A stretch of DNA of 44,105 nucleotides, taken from positions 1-44,105 of the forward strand of contig JADFXW010000002.1 in NCBI GenBank assembly GCA_015233375.1, read 5' to 3'. The translations under genes were made by a program, and so were the position numbers. Under the pieces are notes generated by a model. The model ran no database searches. It saw only the letters and a list, made by a program, of their open reading frames with translations, and was not told where the DNA came from. Origin of the DNA: Candidatus Omnitrophota bacterium. Its GTDB lineage: Bacteria > Omnitrophota > Gorgyraeia > Zapsychrales > Fredricksoniimonadaceae. Of this stretch, positions 1-8,877 are shown piece by piece; positions within the stretch are counted from its first letter, which is position 1, and each line of letters begins with the position of its first letter.

Positions 1-1356
1 ATCTGAATTATATTTATACCCTAACCCGCCTTCAAAACCTTCATTGGTATCAGAGCGTTCGAATTTATGCTGCGCTTGTTGTTTTTGATTAAAAACGTAA
101 TCTGTCCAAGCACCCCTGGCCCCCACATTCATAAGCCAACGTTCGTCTAAGGTCAGCTCATCTAATAAATAAACGCCTTGGGCAGATTCATTCGCAAAAA
201 TAATGTCCTCAGGATTAACGCTTGCATCTAAATTGGTCGTATTCATCCGCCTTTTTTCCATATAATAAAAATAATCATAGCCCGTAGTCAGTTTATTATC
301 CAAACGATCTGTTAAGGGTGTTGATACAATGAGCTTTGGTTGAAACTCATAGGTCGCCTTCTCATAATTATCTAATGAAGGATTTCCCATCCCATTAACA
401 TTAGGATACAGAGAATTAAGATCATATTTTCTGGCTGATGTAAACAATGAGATTTCTATTTTGCTATTGGCTGCTTCAAACCTCACATGAGGCGTTACAT
501 CAAAATGAGAGTCTGACGTACTGCCTGAGCTTATGGCAAAAGGGTTTATCCCTGTACGCCCTACAGAAGACATCCCATCAATAGTTGTCCCATACCAAAA
601 ACTATAGATATTACCAGGATAAATACTGCCAGGAAGATGGTATCTGTCCAAATGATACCCTTGAGCAAAATCAAGGCCAAAGATGTCCGTGGGATTATAC
701 TCAATATGTGAATCATAATCATTGGCCCAATAATTACTATAGGCGCGGTAATTATTACTTTCCTGATGATTATAATTCAATTGATACGTCAAGCTCCTCA
801 ACCCTCCACTTAAAGCAAAACCATCCTTACTTCCTTTAAAACTGTCCACCTCACTGGTTAACGTGACCGAAGGTTTAGTGTTTGCTGACCCTTTCTTGGT
901 GATAATATTAATGACACCACCATCCGCGTTGTCCCCATAAAGCACAGTACCAGCGCTTTGAATAATTTCTATATGGTCAATCGTATTTAAATCAATCAAG
1001 GATAAATCAGGCCCAGCAATATCCGGCGAATTCAACCGCCGGCCATCAACCAAGACCACCACATGAGTCAAACCTGTTTCTCCAAACTGCCCCATATCTA
1101 TTTGCGTGTCTTTAATATTGCTGTTGACCCTTGCTACAATCGCAGGCTCTTTGCTTAAAAGTTGATATATATCCTTGGCCGGTGAATGGACTATGTCCTG
1201 GGCAGTAATGATGGCCACCTCTTTATTCATACACCCAACTGTATCCCCACTGCGCGAGGCCTCCACAACAATTTTATCCAGTTCCATGTTCTCCTGGGCC
1301 CACACGAGAGGAACCAACAAGCAAAACATCGCTAACAATAAACCTAAATTCTTCAT
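1..1356 (-). CDS. TonB-dependent outer-membrane receptor, N-terminal 452 codons (3' end runs off the window); BtuB-like by context
   Basis: Absent from the ORF track because the window edge truncates it. My translation from the ATG at 1354-1356 gives MKNLGLLLAMFCLLVPLVWAQE (signal peptide), DKIVVEASR (TonB-box-like) and IEIIQSAGTVLYGDNADGGVINIITKKG (plug-domain signature). The frame stays open to position 1. A cobalamin riboswitch sits directly 5'. Confidence 0.85.
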   Translation of the reverse strand, partial: MKNLGLLLAMFCLLVPLVWAQENMELDKIVVEASRSGDTVGCMNKEVAIITAQDIVHSPAKDIYQLLSKEPAIVARVNSNIKDTQIDMGQFGETGLTHVVVLVDGRRLNSPDIAGPDLSLIDLNTIDHIEIIQSAGTVLYGDNADGGVINIITKKGSANTKPSVTLTSEVDSFKGSKDGFALSGGLRSLTYQLNYNHQESNNYRAYSNYWANDYDSHIEYNPTDIFGLDFAQGYHLDRYHLPGSIYPGNIYSFWYGTTIDGMSSVGRTGINPFAISSGSTSDSHFDVTPHVRFEAANSKIEISLFTSARKYDLNSLYPNVNGMGNPSLDNYEKATYEFQPKLIVSTPLTDRLDNKLTTGYDYFYYMEKRRMNTTNLDASVNPEDIIFANESAQGVYLLDELTLDERWLMNVGARGAWTDYVFNQKQQAQHKFERSDTNEGFEGGLGYKYNSD

Positions 1357-1415
1357 AAAGTATTCCCTTTCAAAAATTGCTTCGGCCTGATAAAAAGCTG
1401 GCCTCGCAATGACAC

Positions 1416-1448
1416 AAAAAAACCCCAACCGTCAAAAAACGATTGAGG
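1416..1448 (-). terminator. Intrinsic terminator forming the riboswitch expression platform
   Basis: The minus strand reads CCTCAATCGT-tttttg-ACGGTTGGGG, a 10-bp stem with two G-T wobbles, followed by TTTTTTT. A second, weaker hairpin plus T-run (ATTGC..GGCC/GGCC..GCAAT then TTTTT) lies at about 1376-1410. Confidence 0.6.
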
Positions 1449-1602
1449 TGTTCCCTGTACAACCCAATATACTTGATCCAAACCTGCTCTCACGACAGGT
1501 TTATAAAATGGTGAATACCTATTCAGGCCTTCGGACTTCCTTATATATTAAGGTCACCGCAGCGGGACTGTTCTTGAATCACACAAGATTTCCCTGAAAA
1601 AG
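1416..1602 (-). promoter_or_regulatory. Cobalamin (B12) riboswitch
   Basis: The minus strand reads TTCAGGGAAATC TTGTGTGATTCAAGA ACAGTCCCGCTGCGGTGA CCTTAATATATAAGG AAGTCCGAAGGCCTGAA. It shows the GGGAA core, a GTCCCGC..GT segment, and a B12-box-like AGTCCGAAGGCCTG whose CCTGAA can pair with the 5' TTCAGG. A terminator follows, then a TonB-dependent receptor gene. Recognised by eye against the remembered consensus; no covariance-model search was run. Confidence 0.75.
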
Positions 1603-1608
1603 CATGAG

Positions 1609-1617
1609 ATTATAACA
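1609..1617 (-). promoter_or_regulatory. Extended -10 promoter element (TGTTATAAT) for the riboswitch and receptor transcript
   Basis: The minus strand reads TGTTATAAT (a perfect TATAAT with upstream TG) a few nt before the riboswitch 5' end. It overlaps the stop codon of 1610..2107. No convincing -35 element. Confidence 0.45.
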
Positions 1618-2107
1618 AACGGGCTAAAACCTTTGTGCCTTCAGCTCGTTTTATAAGCCATTCATATCCAGCAAAAAACGCCAGCGTATAGCCTATAGTA
1701 CTTACTAAACTACTCCTAAAGAATGGAATCGCTAAAACATAACAAGCTTTTAGCCCTGCAACTGTATGCGGATAAAAATAAATCCAGGCCCCAAAATTTG
1801 AGACCAAAAAGAAAATAACGGCAGACAGAAGGCTTCCTGAAAATACTGATACAAAACCCTTCTGATTTCTAAGAGCAAGACCTAAAAGACTAATAAAAAC
1901 CATGCTGCCCCATGTAAAAATCATGCCTGGATAAAAACCAATAATAAAATCACTCCCCACCATCAAGGCCAATGGAATCCATATAGCCTTGCGGCCTTTT
2001 AAGTACATCCCGCTTAAAAAAGCCATGCTTAACACCGGTGTAAAATTAGGCGTATGAATAATAAGACGGGATAATATACCAATAGTGATAATAAAGAAAG
2101 CTAACAT
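1610..2107 (-). CDS. Small polytopic membrane protein, DUF6580-like putative transporter
   Basis: 165 aa, almost entirely hydrophobic segments. The N-terminal SRLIIHTPNFTPVLSMAFLSG resembles the H-x-PNFTP signature I associate, from memory, with DUF6580 putative transport proteins. Confidence 0.55.
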   Translation of the reverse strand: MLAFFIITIGILSRLIIHTPNFTPVLSMAFLSGMYLKGRKAIWIPLALMVGSDFIIGFYPGMIFTWGSMVFISLLGLALRNQKGFVSVFSGSLLSAVIFFLVSNFGAWIYFYPHTVAGLKACYVLAIPFFRSSLVSTIGYTLAFFAGYEWLIKRAEGTKVLARLL

Positions 2108-2138
2108 GAAGGTTATTATAGATAAATATCTGATGCCG

Positions 2139-3269
2139 TCAAAGGATAATTATTTTGTCATGGATCATTTGATTGATAGAAACATAACTGCAATAACGAC
2201 ATTCCCTCCATTTTGGGGAAGAGGTCCTTATCCCATTGGACGCTTCAACTAAAATATGATGTAAAAAATCACTGTGAAACCATATCTCTTTAAAACTCTG
2301 CTCATTAACATTGCCCGCCACACAGACCCCCACATTATCACAAGGAGCAACCACCCTGCCCTTTTCATCAATATTGGCGTAAAACCAACCCGTATGACAA
2401 TGAATTTTCCCTCCCGTGCTGTCATAAAACAATAAACGATCATTATGCATCTTGGAATGCCTCATAGCCTCCACATCAACTAAAACTTGTTTATCTGAAA
2501 TCAGGTGATACAGTCCGTTTAAATCATGCTGAAAACTGTATGACTTTTGTAAGGCAGATTTAACGATGTTGCGTAATGAAATTAGCTGCTTTTTAGTAAA
2601 AACCAGGTCCTTCATCTGTTGAGTGGCCTTAAAAAATCGGATAACCACTTTATCAACACGACGCTGTTGGGCCATTTCTAAAAAAGCTTCTAATTCATGA
2701 AAATTACTGGAATAAAGGACAAAAGAAAGGACAATCTTGGGGGCCCCACGTTTTTGGCGGATAGCTAGAAGTCTCTCGATATTTTTTGACACAAGCTTGA
2801 AGGAAGCCCTGGACCCATGAATTTTCTTAAAAGATTCTTCGCTCATAGCAGAAAAATTCACGGTCAATTGAGAAGCTAAACATAAACCGGGCAAACAGCG
2901 GGGATTGACACCTAAATGGCTGTACACGACTAATTCCATCCCTAATTTTTTGACCATACGAAATGCTTGCAGCCACCCAGGATACAGCGTCACCTCGCCA
3001 CCTTCAAAATTAATTTGATCAACACCCATTTGGGCGCAGTCCTCTAACACCCTCTTTAACACCTTAAAATCCAACATCTTTTTGGGAGGATGACTTTTGA
3101 CGAATGGAGAAAAATACCAGCAAAACTCGCAACGATAATTGCAGGAATTGATGATATGGATATTAACGGACTTAGGCCCAATCAAAGGCTTGCCCATCAA
3201 GGCACTTTTGAGCCTAAGCTTGTCCTTTAAACGTGTATCTTTTATCTGCGAAATAAAATTAGTGGTCAT
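2139..3269 (-). CDS. Radical SAM protein with SPASM/twitch-like C-terminal Cys cluster
   Basis: INSCNYRCEFCWY carries the CX3CX2C motif. The C-terminus has CHTGW..APCDNVGVC..WRECRYC. Confidence 0.85.
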   Translation of the reverse strand: MTTNFISQIKDTRLKDKLRLKSALMGKPLIGPKSVNIHIINSCNYRCEFCWYFSPFVKSHPPKKMLDFKVLKRVLEDCAQMGVDQINFEGGEVTLYPGWLQAFRMVKKLGMELVVYSHLGVNPRCLPGLCLASQLTVNFSAMSEESFKKIHGSRASFKLVSKNIERLLAIRQKRGAPKIVLSFVLYSSNFHELEAFLEMAQQRRVDKVVIRFFKATQQMKDLVFTKKQLISLRNIVKSALQKSYSFQHDLNGLYHLISDKQVLVDVEAMRHSKMHNDRLLFYDSTGGKIHCHTGWFYANIDEKGRVVAPCDNVGVCVAGNVNEQSFKEIWFHSDFLHHILVEASNGIRTSSPKWRECRYCSYVSINQMIHDKIIIL

Positions 3270-3981
3270 AATGAATTTCGTTTAGAAAATCCGAAAATAA
3301 AATAATTTGCCAGCCCTTTGTATCTCTTAAGGACACAATATAATCAAAAAATTTGACTAATTCCTGACGCCGTTTTTCTGTTGAAAAATGTTTATGATGC
3401 AGCACAATCCCTGTAAAAGGCTTTTGTTGGGCATTTTTTACCAACATACGGACAACATCCATGGCCTTATAGAAAGTCATCTTACCCTGTTTATAAGAAC
3501 TAAACGAAACCTCTGCGGGCAGATTCATCAATTTATAATCGCCGCTAAACCTTCTGGATTTAGCTGAAAAAACCTTAAAACCTTGTTCCTCCACAAGCTT
3601 TAGCGTGTTTTTATCATACCCATGATACGGCGGAACAAAAGCTGGTGTAAAATGATCGCCAAAATCTGCCCTCATCTTTTTAAGGCCTTGGGCCATGTCT
3701 TGGCGTTGAACACTAAGAAGACGCCCTTTGCCAAACTCATATTTCATGTCTTTTGAAACAGAATGATTCGCATGAAGCCAGCCATGCTGGACAATATCCA
3801 GTAATTGCGGCATTTGTTCCTTGGCCTTATTAAGAAATTTAACAAGAGACCTATCCATTTTTCCTGGGATGACGGCATGGATAACTGGGACGTGACGATA
3901 TTGGGCTAAATTAAACAAAAACTTGAATTCTTTATCCAAGGTCCATACATCATCATTACGAATAAAAAGGCGTGCAGTCAT
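3259..3981 (-). CDS. Putative polysaccharide deacetylase-like protein (DUF2334/CE4-like)
   Basis: FIRNDDVW near the N-terminus and VQHGWLHANH resemble the metal-binding Asp and His motifs of deacetylase-fold proteins. The assignment is tentative. Confidence 0.5.
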   Translation of the reverse strand: MTARLFIRNDDVWTLDKEFKFLFNLAQYRHVPVIHAVIPGKMDRSLVKFLNKAKEQMPQLLDIVQHGWLHANHSVSKDMKYEFGKGRLLSVQRQDMAQGLKKMRADFGDHFTPAFVPPYHGYDKNTLKLVEEQGFKVFSAKSRRFSGDYKLMNLPAEVSFSSYKQGKMTFYKAMDVVRMLVKNAQQKPFTGIVLHHKHFSTEKRRQELVKFFDYIVSLRDTKGWQIILFSDFLNEIHYDH

Positions 3982-4009
3982 GATATTATTAAGTATACTA
4001 CTTTTTACT

Positions 4010-5200
4010 ATGCGTATCTTGTTCCATTATACCCATAAACAAACACTCGGCCATACAACACGTACCCATGCCCTTGTCAAGAGCCTTTGCCGCCACAAGG
4101 CCCAGGTCCTTCTTCTTCAAGGCGGGCTGCCTCAGCCTTTTGTCCGTTTTCCAAAAGAGTGTAAAATTTTAGACATCCCTGAACCTTTTGACGACCGCCG
4201 AAGCTTTCAATGGCACCAGCCCCCCGTTTCAGCAGTGAAACGTGCCCAATTTATTCTTAAAACAGCCGCTGATTTTTGCCCGGATGTTTTTATAACAGAA
4301 TTTTTCCCTTTTGGCCGCATGCCCTATATCCCGGAACTATTACCTGTGCTGCGCTTTCTTCGCAAAAAAAATACACGCATCATCGCAAGTATCGGCTATC
4401 CCTTAATCATTGACCTTAAACGTCTTTCAAATACAAAATTCGCTGCTTTGCACCAAGCCTTATTTGCCTTTTATGAAACCTTTTTAATTCATACGCCTGG
4501 CGATCTCGAGACCACCTATATTCAAAACAGCATTCAATCCCCTATTCTTGCTCAATCATACGCTCTTTTCATGAAAAAATTAAAAAAGAAAATCATCTAT
4601 ACTGGTTATGTTTTTCCTGAAAAAATGATGACCAAAGGCACCAAAATTTCCATTAAAAACAAAAAGAATCCCACGATTATCATCAGCCGCGGCGGCGGAT
4701 CGGTTTATCCAAAACTTATCACTAAGGCTATCGAAGCCCAACGCCTTCTTGATAATAATTGCAAGACCATTATCGCCTGTGGTCCTGCCACAACACCAAA
4801 AGAAATGGCTCTTTTCAAAGCCTGCCTTAAACAAAAAGACAGGCCCCGAGTTGTTTTAACTGATCATATTAATAATCTAGACGATGTGCTTAAGACCTGC
4901 AGCGTTTCAGTCAGTCTCTGCGGTTATAATACCTCTGTGCAATTAATGCGTTTTGGCACACCGTCTGTCATTGTCCCCTATAAAAACAACTTGTCTAGCG
5001 CCTCAACCAACGACCAAATCGCCCGTTCTAAGCTTCTGGTGGAACATTTCTCAAGCATCTGCCTTGACCACCAAAACCTCACAGCAAAATCCCTTGCGCT
5101 TGCTATCAAAGAACAACTAAGATCCCCAAGGCCACAACCCGCGCCTGAAAAATGGTTTAACGGCGCTGAAGCGTGTACGCGTTACGTTATGGGAAGATAA
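4010..5200 (+). CDS. GT28/MurG-like glycosyltransferase (COG4671-type)
   Basis: The ORF track runs from 3923. I prefer the ATG at 4010 (MRILFHYTHKQTLGHTTRTHAL), which matches the usual N-terminal strand and G-H loop of this family. The C-terminus has SRGGGS, LCGYNT and NDQ..R, typical of the GT28 C-domain. The 3' end overlaps the convergent gene 5182..6186 by 19 nt. Confidence 0.7.
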   Translation: MRILFHYTHKQTLGHTTRTHALVKSLCRHKAQVLLLQGGLPQPFVRFPKECKILDIPEPFDDRRSFQWHQPPVSAVKRAQFILKTAADFCPDVFITEFFPFGRMPYIPELLPVLRFLRKKNTRIIASIGYPLIIDLKRLSNTKFAALHQALFAFYETFLIHTPGDLETTYIQNSIQSPILAQSYALFMKKLKKKIIYTGYVFPEKMMTKGTKISIKNKKNPTIIISRGGGSVYPKLITKAIEAQRLLDNNCKTIIACGPATTPKEMALFKACLKQKDRPRVVLTDHINNLDDVLKTCSVSVSLCGYNTSVQLMRFGTPSVIVPYKNNLSSASTNDQIARSKLLVEHFSSICLDHQNLTAKSLALAIKEQLRSPRPQPAPEKWFNGAEACTRYVMGR

Positions 5201-6186
5201 GATAAATTGAAATCTTTCAAAAAACCATGATACGCCAAGCAGCCTGGACAATGGCCTTTGCGGGCTTTTTCGGCATAGGCCTCTCTCTTTAAATCCAACT
5301 TTTTGGGCAACTGACCACTTAAAGAAACCTTCCCTGCAGAGGGCCAGTACAGGCATGGATACACCTCTCGATAAGCATTAATAAACAAGGACTTTTCTGG
5401 CGTCAAGCATTGATGGATACAAGATTTGCTTTTTGACAACAAAACCAATAAAGCTTTAAGCATAGGGACATCGACCCCCTTGGAGCCTTCCTTTAATATC
5501 TTTGTTATCTGTTCATTGACTTCTTGTATCATCATGGGTGTGAGCATGGCCAAACTTTTTGCTTGCGGCATATCCTGTCGATGATAATAAGCAGATACGC
5601 CAGATTCCATGATTTTAGGCGAAAAACGCGCGTTCAAACGTTTCGCTAACTCATAAACATACCCGATCTCTTTAAAATTGACCCTGTTGACAGTAAACTT
5701 CAATTCCAAAATAATCTGATGCCCAAAATTTTTTGATAACCATTCCATTGTTTTTAAGGTCTTCTGAAACGCCCCTTTCCCTCGAATCCTGTCATGGATA
5801 TGAGGGGAACCATCAAGGCTTATCCCAACGTGGAGCCCAGATAAATCTTGTTCACAGGTGGAAAAAACCTTTCGGATGGACTCAAAAAAGGCGGCATTGG
5901 TATACACACCAAATCCTGTAATCTTTCCCTGTCTATATAAAACCGACAGGAGCTCCAAAATTCGGCCGCAATTCTTATTTAAAAAAGGCTCGCCACCTGT
6001 TATAGAAACAAAATTAAGCGTGTATCTCTCAAGAAAGGCTTGCATCAGACGAGCTACAAAGGAAGCTGTCATCTCATGAAGTGTCTTCTCAGTCCATATC
6101 CCGCAATGCCCACAACGCAACTGACAACGATTGGTGATTTCAATAGTAATGTCATTAAGCAAGGGTTTGATTATGTTTTTTCCCAT
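5182..6186 (-). CDS. Radical SAM protein with SPASM/twitch-like C-terminus
   Basis: TNRCQLRCGHCGIW carries the CX3CX2C motif. The C-terminus has CIHQC..YPC..GHCPGC. Confidence 0.85.
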   Translation of the reverse strand: MGKNIIKPLLNDITIEITNRCQLRCGHCGIWTEKTLHEMTASFVARLMQAFLERYTLNFVSITGGEPFLNKNCGRILELLSVLYRQGKITGFGVYTNAAFFESIRKVFSTCEQDLSGLHVGISLDGSPHIHDRIRGKGAFQKTLKTMEWLSKNFGHQIILELKFTVNRVNFKEIGYVYELAKRLNARFSPKIMESGVSAYYHRQDMPQAKSLAMLTPMMIQEVNEQITKILKEGSKGVDVPMLKALLVLLSKSKSCIHQCLTPEKSLFINAYREVYPCLYWPSAGKVSLSGQLPKKLDLKREAYAEKARKGHCPGCLAYHGFLKDFNLSYLPIT

Positions 6187-7712
6187 GCGTCAATTTCTCC
6201 ATCTGATACCTTAACTAAATTTCTTAAGGGAATGATTTTCTTGATATCCTCCATTGTAGATTGCCCTGGTATCTGATACATCAAAGAACAATACACCACA
6301 ACCCCTCTTAAGTCTGACAAATCTTTTTTCATCCTATTCATTTCTTTAAGATACGAAGAATTTGGCTTGAAAGACAACGGGTCCATTTTAAATGGAAAAG
6401 GGATTGCTTTAAGAGATAACCTGCTATAAAGCGCCATCACATTATTGGAATAAATCAACTTGGTCTTAGAAATTTTCTGGGCTTCCTTAATAATAGCTGA
6501 TTGGCTCCAAACCTTCCCATCATAAAAAAGCCCCTCATGATACCTGTTCATGCCCCATTGAAAAGCCCCAGGGACATTAATAGCAATCAAATATATCAAC
6601 AAACAAAACACAAAACAAAATTTCAAGAAATTCTGCTCTCTTACCACCGAGAATAAAATATGGACGGATCCTAAGCAAAACAACAAGCCAAAAACTTCTA
6701 TAGGAAAAAAATACCTGGTACTTTGGGCCAAGCCATCCATCCATCCAACAACAAAACCCCAAGATAATAAATAAAGACAAGAAAAAATAAATAAAACCCC
6801 TAGAAACCATATCTTTATCTCTGGGATGCCTTGAACCCTCGCGGCATCCCTATTTTTAAAAATACCCCATCCTGCGACCATCATGCCTGCTATTAATAAA
6901 ACCACGCTTGATATTGAAACTGCGAGGTGATTGGTCAGTAAGGCACAACCCTTAATGTCCGCAATTAAATAGGGATGAAAGGCGATGATGCGGTCTGTTA
7001 AATGGCCTGTGATAACCACATTGACCAGCATCCACGTCATCATGGGCAACAAAGCCGCGAAAGAAAATACCCCTGCGCGCTTGAGACCTATTGGCCAGCC
7101 TTCTCTGTTTTCTAATAACAAAATAATCCCCCCTGTTAAAACAAACGGGACACCTGCAAACCTTGTTAGACATGCTAAGGCCGCGGACATGGCAGAGGCC
7201 CAAAGAAATAAACTTCTTTTATTCTCAAGAAAATTCATCAAAAACACAAACCACAAAAGCCCTAAAAACATAAATAAAGGCTCAGACATGGCTTCTGAAT
7301 AGAAATACAAATTATCAATTTTTACCAACATCCATAAAAGAGCGGCCCAGGTCATCCAAAAGGCATTGGTGTATCTATAAATCAAAAAACCCACCAAGAA
7401 AATATTTATGCCAAAAAGCGTTGCATTCAACCATCTGGCTGCATCAACGGGACCCGGGCCGCCAAACCAATGGATAATAGCCAAAAAATAAGGAAACAGC
7501 GGCGGATAATGCTGCCAAACAAAGGTCCCCATGGTATAATCCCATCGACAAGAATCAAGGCCACTCAAACATTTGGCCATAAAGATATACATCACTTGAG
7601 GCTGCCCCACACCCCATTTCGAAGTCAGCAACATAATAAGGAAAAAGCCTGCTAAACTTAAAACAACAAGAAGAGCAAACCGTAGAAAATTTTTAAATAA
7701 AAAAGTATTCAT
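6171..7712 (-). CDS. GT-C-fold (ArnT/PMT-like) polytopic membrane glycosyltransferase, paralog of 11992..13563
   Basis: 513 aa with more than 10 hydrophobic segments and a soluble tail of about 100 aa. It aligns closely by eye with 11992..13563 (WQHYPPLFP, IHW.GGP, ARWLNA, LLYRYT, IDNLY.YS.AM.EPLF, CLTRFAG.P). Confidence 0.7.
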   Translation of the reverse strand: MNTFLFKNFLRFALLVVLSLAGFFLIMLLTSKWGVGQPQVMYIFMAKCLSGLDSCRWDYTMGTFVWQHYPPLFPYFLAIIHWFGGPGPVDAARWLNATLFGINIFLVGFLIYRYTNAFWMTWAALLWMLVKIDNLYFYSEAMSEPLFMFLGLLWFVFLMNFLENKRSLFLWASAMSAALACLTRFAGVPFVLTGGIILLLENREGWPIGLKRAGVFSFAALLPMMTWMLVNVVITGHLTDRIIAFHPYLIADIKGCALLTNHLAVSISSVVLLIAGMMVAGWGIFKNRDAARVQGIPEIKIWFLGVLFIFSCLYLLSWGFVVGWMDGLAQSTRYFFPIEVFGLLFCLGSVHILFSVVREQNFLKFCFVFCLLIYLIAINVPGAFQWGMNRYHEGLFYDGKVWSQSAIIKEAQKISKTKLIYSNNVMALYSRLSLKAIPFPFKMDPLSFKPNSSYLKEMNRMKKDLSDLRGVVVYCSLMYQIPGQSTMEDIKKIIPLRNLVKVSDGEIDAWEKT

Positions 7713-8821
7713 TAATGATGATTCCTAAAGAAAGCGCGACACGCGTCAATGACGAAACCTGCCTTCTCAACACTCATAAACGAAGGCAAGGGAAGATGTA
7801 GGGCTTGGGTAAAATATTTATCACTCACCTTAAATTGTTTTTTATTTAATCTCTTAAAAGCGGACATTTGGTGAAGGGGCACATAAGGCTTTTGAACCGT
7901 AATCCCTTTCTCTTTTAGAAACCATGACAATTTGTCTCTTTGAGAACAAAAAACCACAAAATTCTGCGCCACACTTTCTGTCAGAGGCTTATCTTTAAAA
8001 AAAGTCAACCCTTTAATGCCCTCAAGGCCTTGCTCATACAACGCCTTTATTTGATGACGGGATTGAATAATCTCAGGCAAATGCTTCCACTTGACCTCTA
8101 AGGCCATCAGATCCATAAAAGAAAGGGGCGCAAATCTCTGGCCCAGGCTTAAAAGATCCTCATCATCACGCCAATCCTCCTGCCAACGCCGGATTTGAGT
8201 ACCCTGTTGTTTATCACACACAACCATTCCCCCGCCACCCGCGCAAGATGAAAGAGGCTTATAATAAGAAAAAGAAAACACCGACATGTCCCCGAAACTT
8301 CCCAACATGCAGCCTTTATAACGCGAACTTTCTGCCTGGCAAACATCTTCAATAAAAACAATCCCCTTGCCCTTACATATTTTTTTGATAGCCTCCACAT
8401 CACAAGGCCGGCCAAACATATGAGCGCCAATCACTGCTTTTGTTTTTTTGGTTATAGCTAACCTTAGCAGCTGCGGGTCTATTTGGAGATCGTCAGCCCT
8501 GGCGTCAACAGGCACAGGCTTTGCCCCGCAATAAAAAACCGCTAAGGCAACCGCCTGATAGGTCAAATCAGGGACAATCACTTCATCCCCTTTTTTAACA
8601 CCAGCCAAAAGCAAGGCTATTTTCAAGGCGTCACTGCCCGAATTAACAGAAACCGCCTCTTTGACACCAATATACCTGGCAAAAGACCTTTCAAACTCAT
8701 AGGTCAGGGGTTTAATATCATTAAGACCACCTACCTTTTTTAGCGTTTTTTCCATCAAAGAGGCATACTCACGGGCAAGGGCCTTTTCTACCAAAATACT
8801 CTCGTATCTTATTTCTGACAT
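7712..8821 (-). CDS. DegT/DnrJ/EryC1/StrS-family PLP-dependent sugar aminotransferase
   Basis: SGSDALKIALLLAGVKKGDEVIVPDLTY, and FSFSYYKPLSS as the candidate PLP-lysine region. A strong SD (AAGGGGGAG) precedes the ATG. Confidence 0.85.
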   Translation of the reverse strand: MSEIRYESILVEKALAREYASLMEKTLKKVGGLNDIKPLTYEFERSFARYIGVKEAVSVNSGSDALKIALLLAGVKKGDEVIVPDLTYQAVALAVFYCGAKPVPVDARADDLQIDPQLLRLAITKKTKAVIGAHMFGRPCDVEAIKKICKGKGIVFIEDVCQAESSRYKGCMLGSFGDMSVFSFSYYKPLSSCAGGGGMVVCDKQQGTQIRRWQEDWRDDEDLLSLGQRFAPLSFMDLMALEVKWKHLPEIIQSRHQIKALYEQGLEGIKGLTFFKDKPLTESVAQNFVVFCSQRDKLSWFLKEKGITVQKPYVPLHQMSAFKRLNKKQFKVSDKYFTQALHLPLPSFMSVEKAGFVIDACRAFFRNHH

Positions 8822-8827
8822 TATTTC

Positions 8828-8876
8828 GAACTCCCCCTTGCCCCCCTCTTTAATCGCTTCGCAAAGAGGGGGAACT
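8828..8876 (-). repeat. Hairpin plus G-rich (SD-like) unit, copy 1 of 2
   Basis: The minus strand reads TTCCCCCTCTTT-gcgaagcgatt-AAAGAGGGGG-gc-AAGGGGGAGTTC. The same architecture occurs at 37905..37944 on the plus strand. Both copies lie immediately 3' of a stop codon in the direction of transcription. Confidence 0.7.
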
Positions 8877-8877
8877 A

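Noticed and set aside
585-1597. Plus-strand ORFs 585..839, 1175..1390 and 1409..1597 from the ORF track
   Set aside because: The first two lie antisense inside a continuous minus-strand TonB-dependent receptor frame with clear plug-domain motifs. The third covers the riboswitch. Their compositions are odd (for example the Y/N/Q-rich 84-aa product), and none has a motif or an RBS.
3923-4009. N-terminal extension of the GT28-like ORF (track start 3923)
   Set aside because: The extension overlaps the 5' end of the divergent gene 3259..3981 and adds residues not expected for the family. MRILFHYTH at 4010 fits the conserved N-terminus. The ATG at 3980 remains possible.
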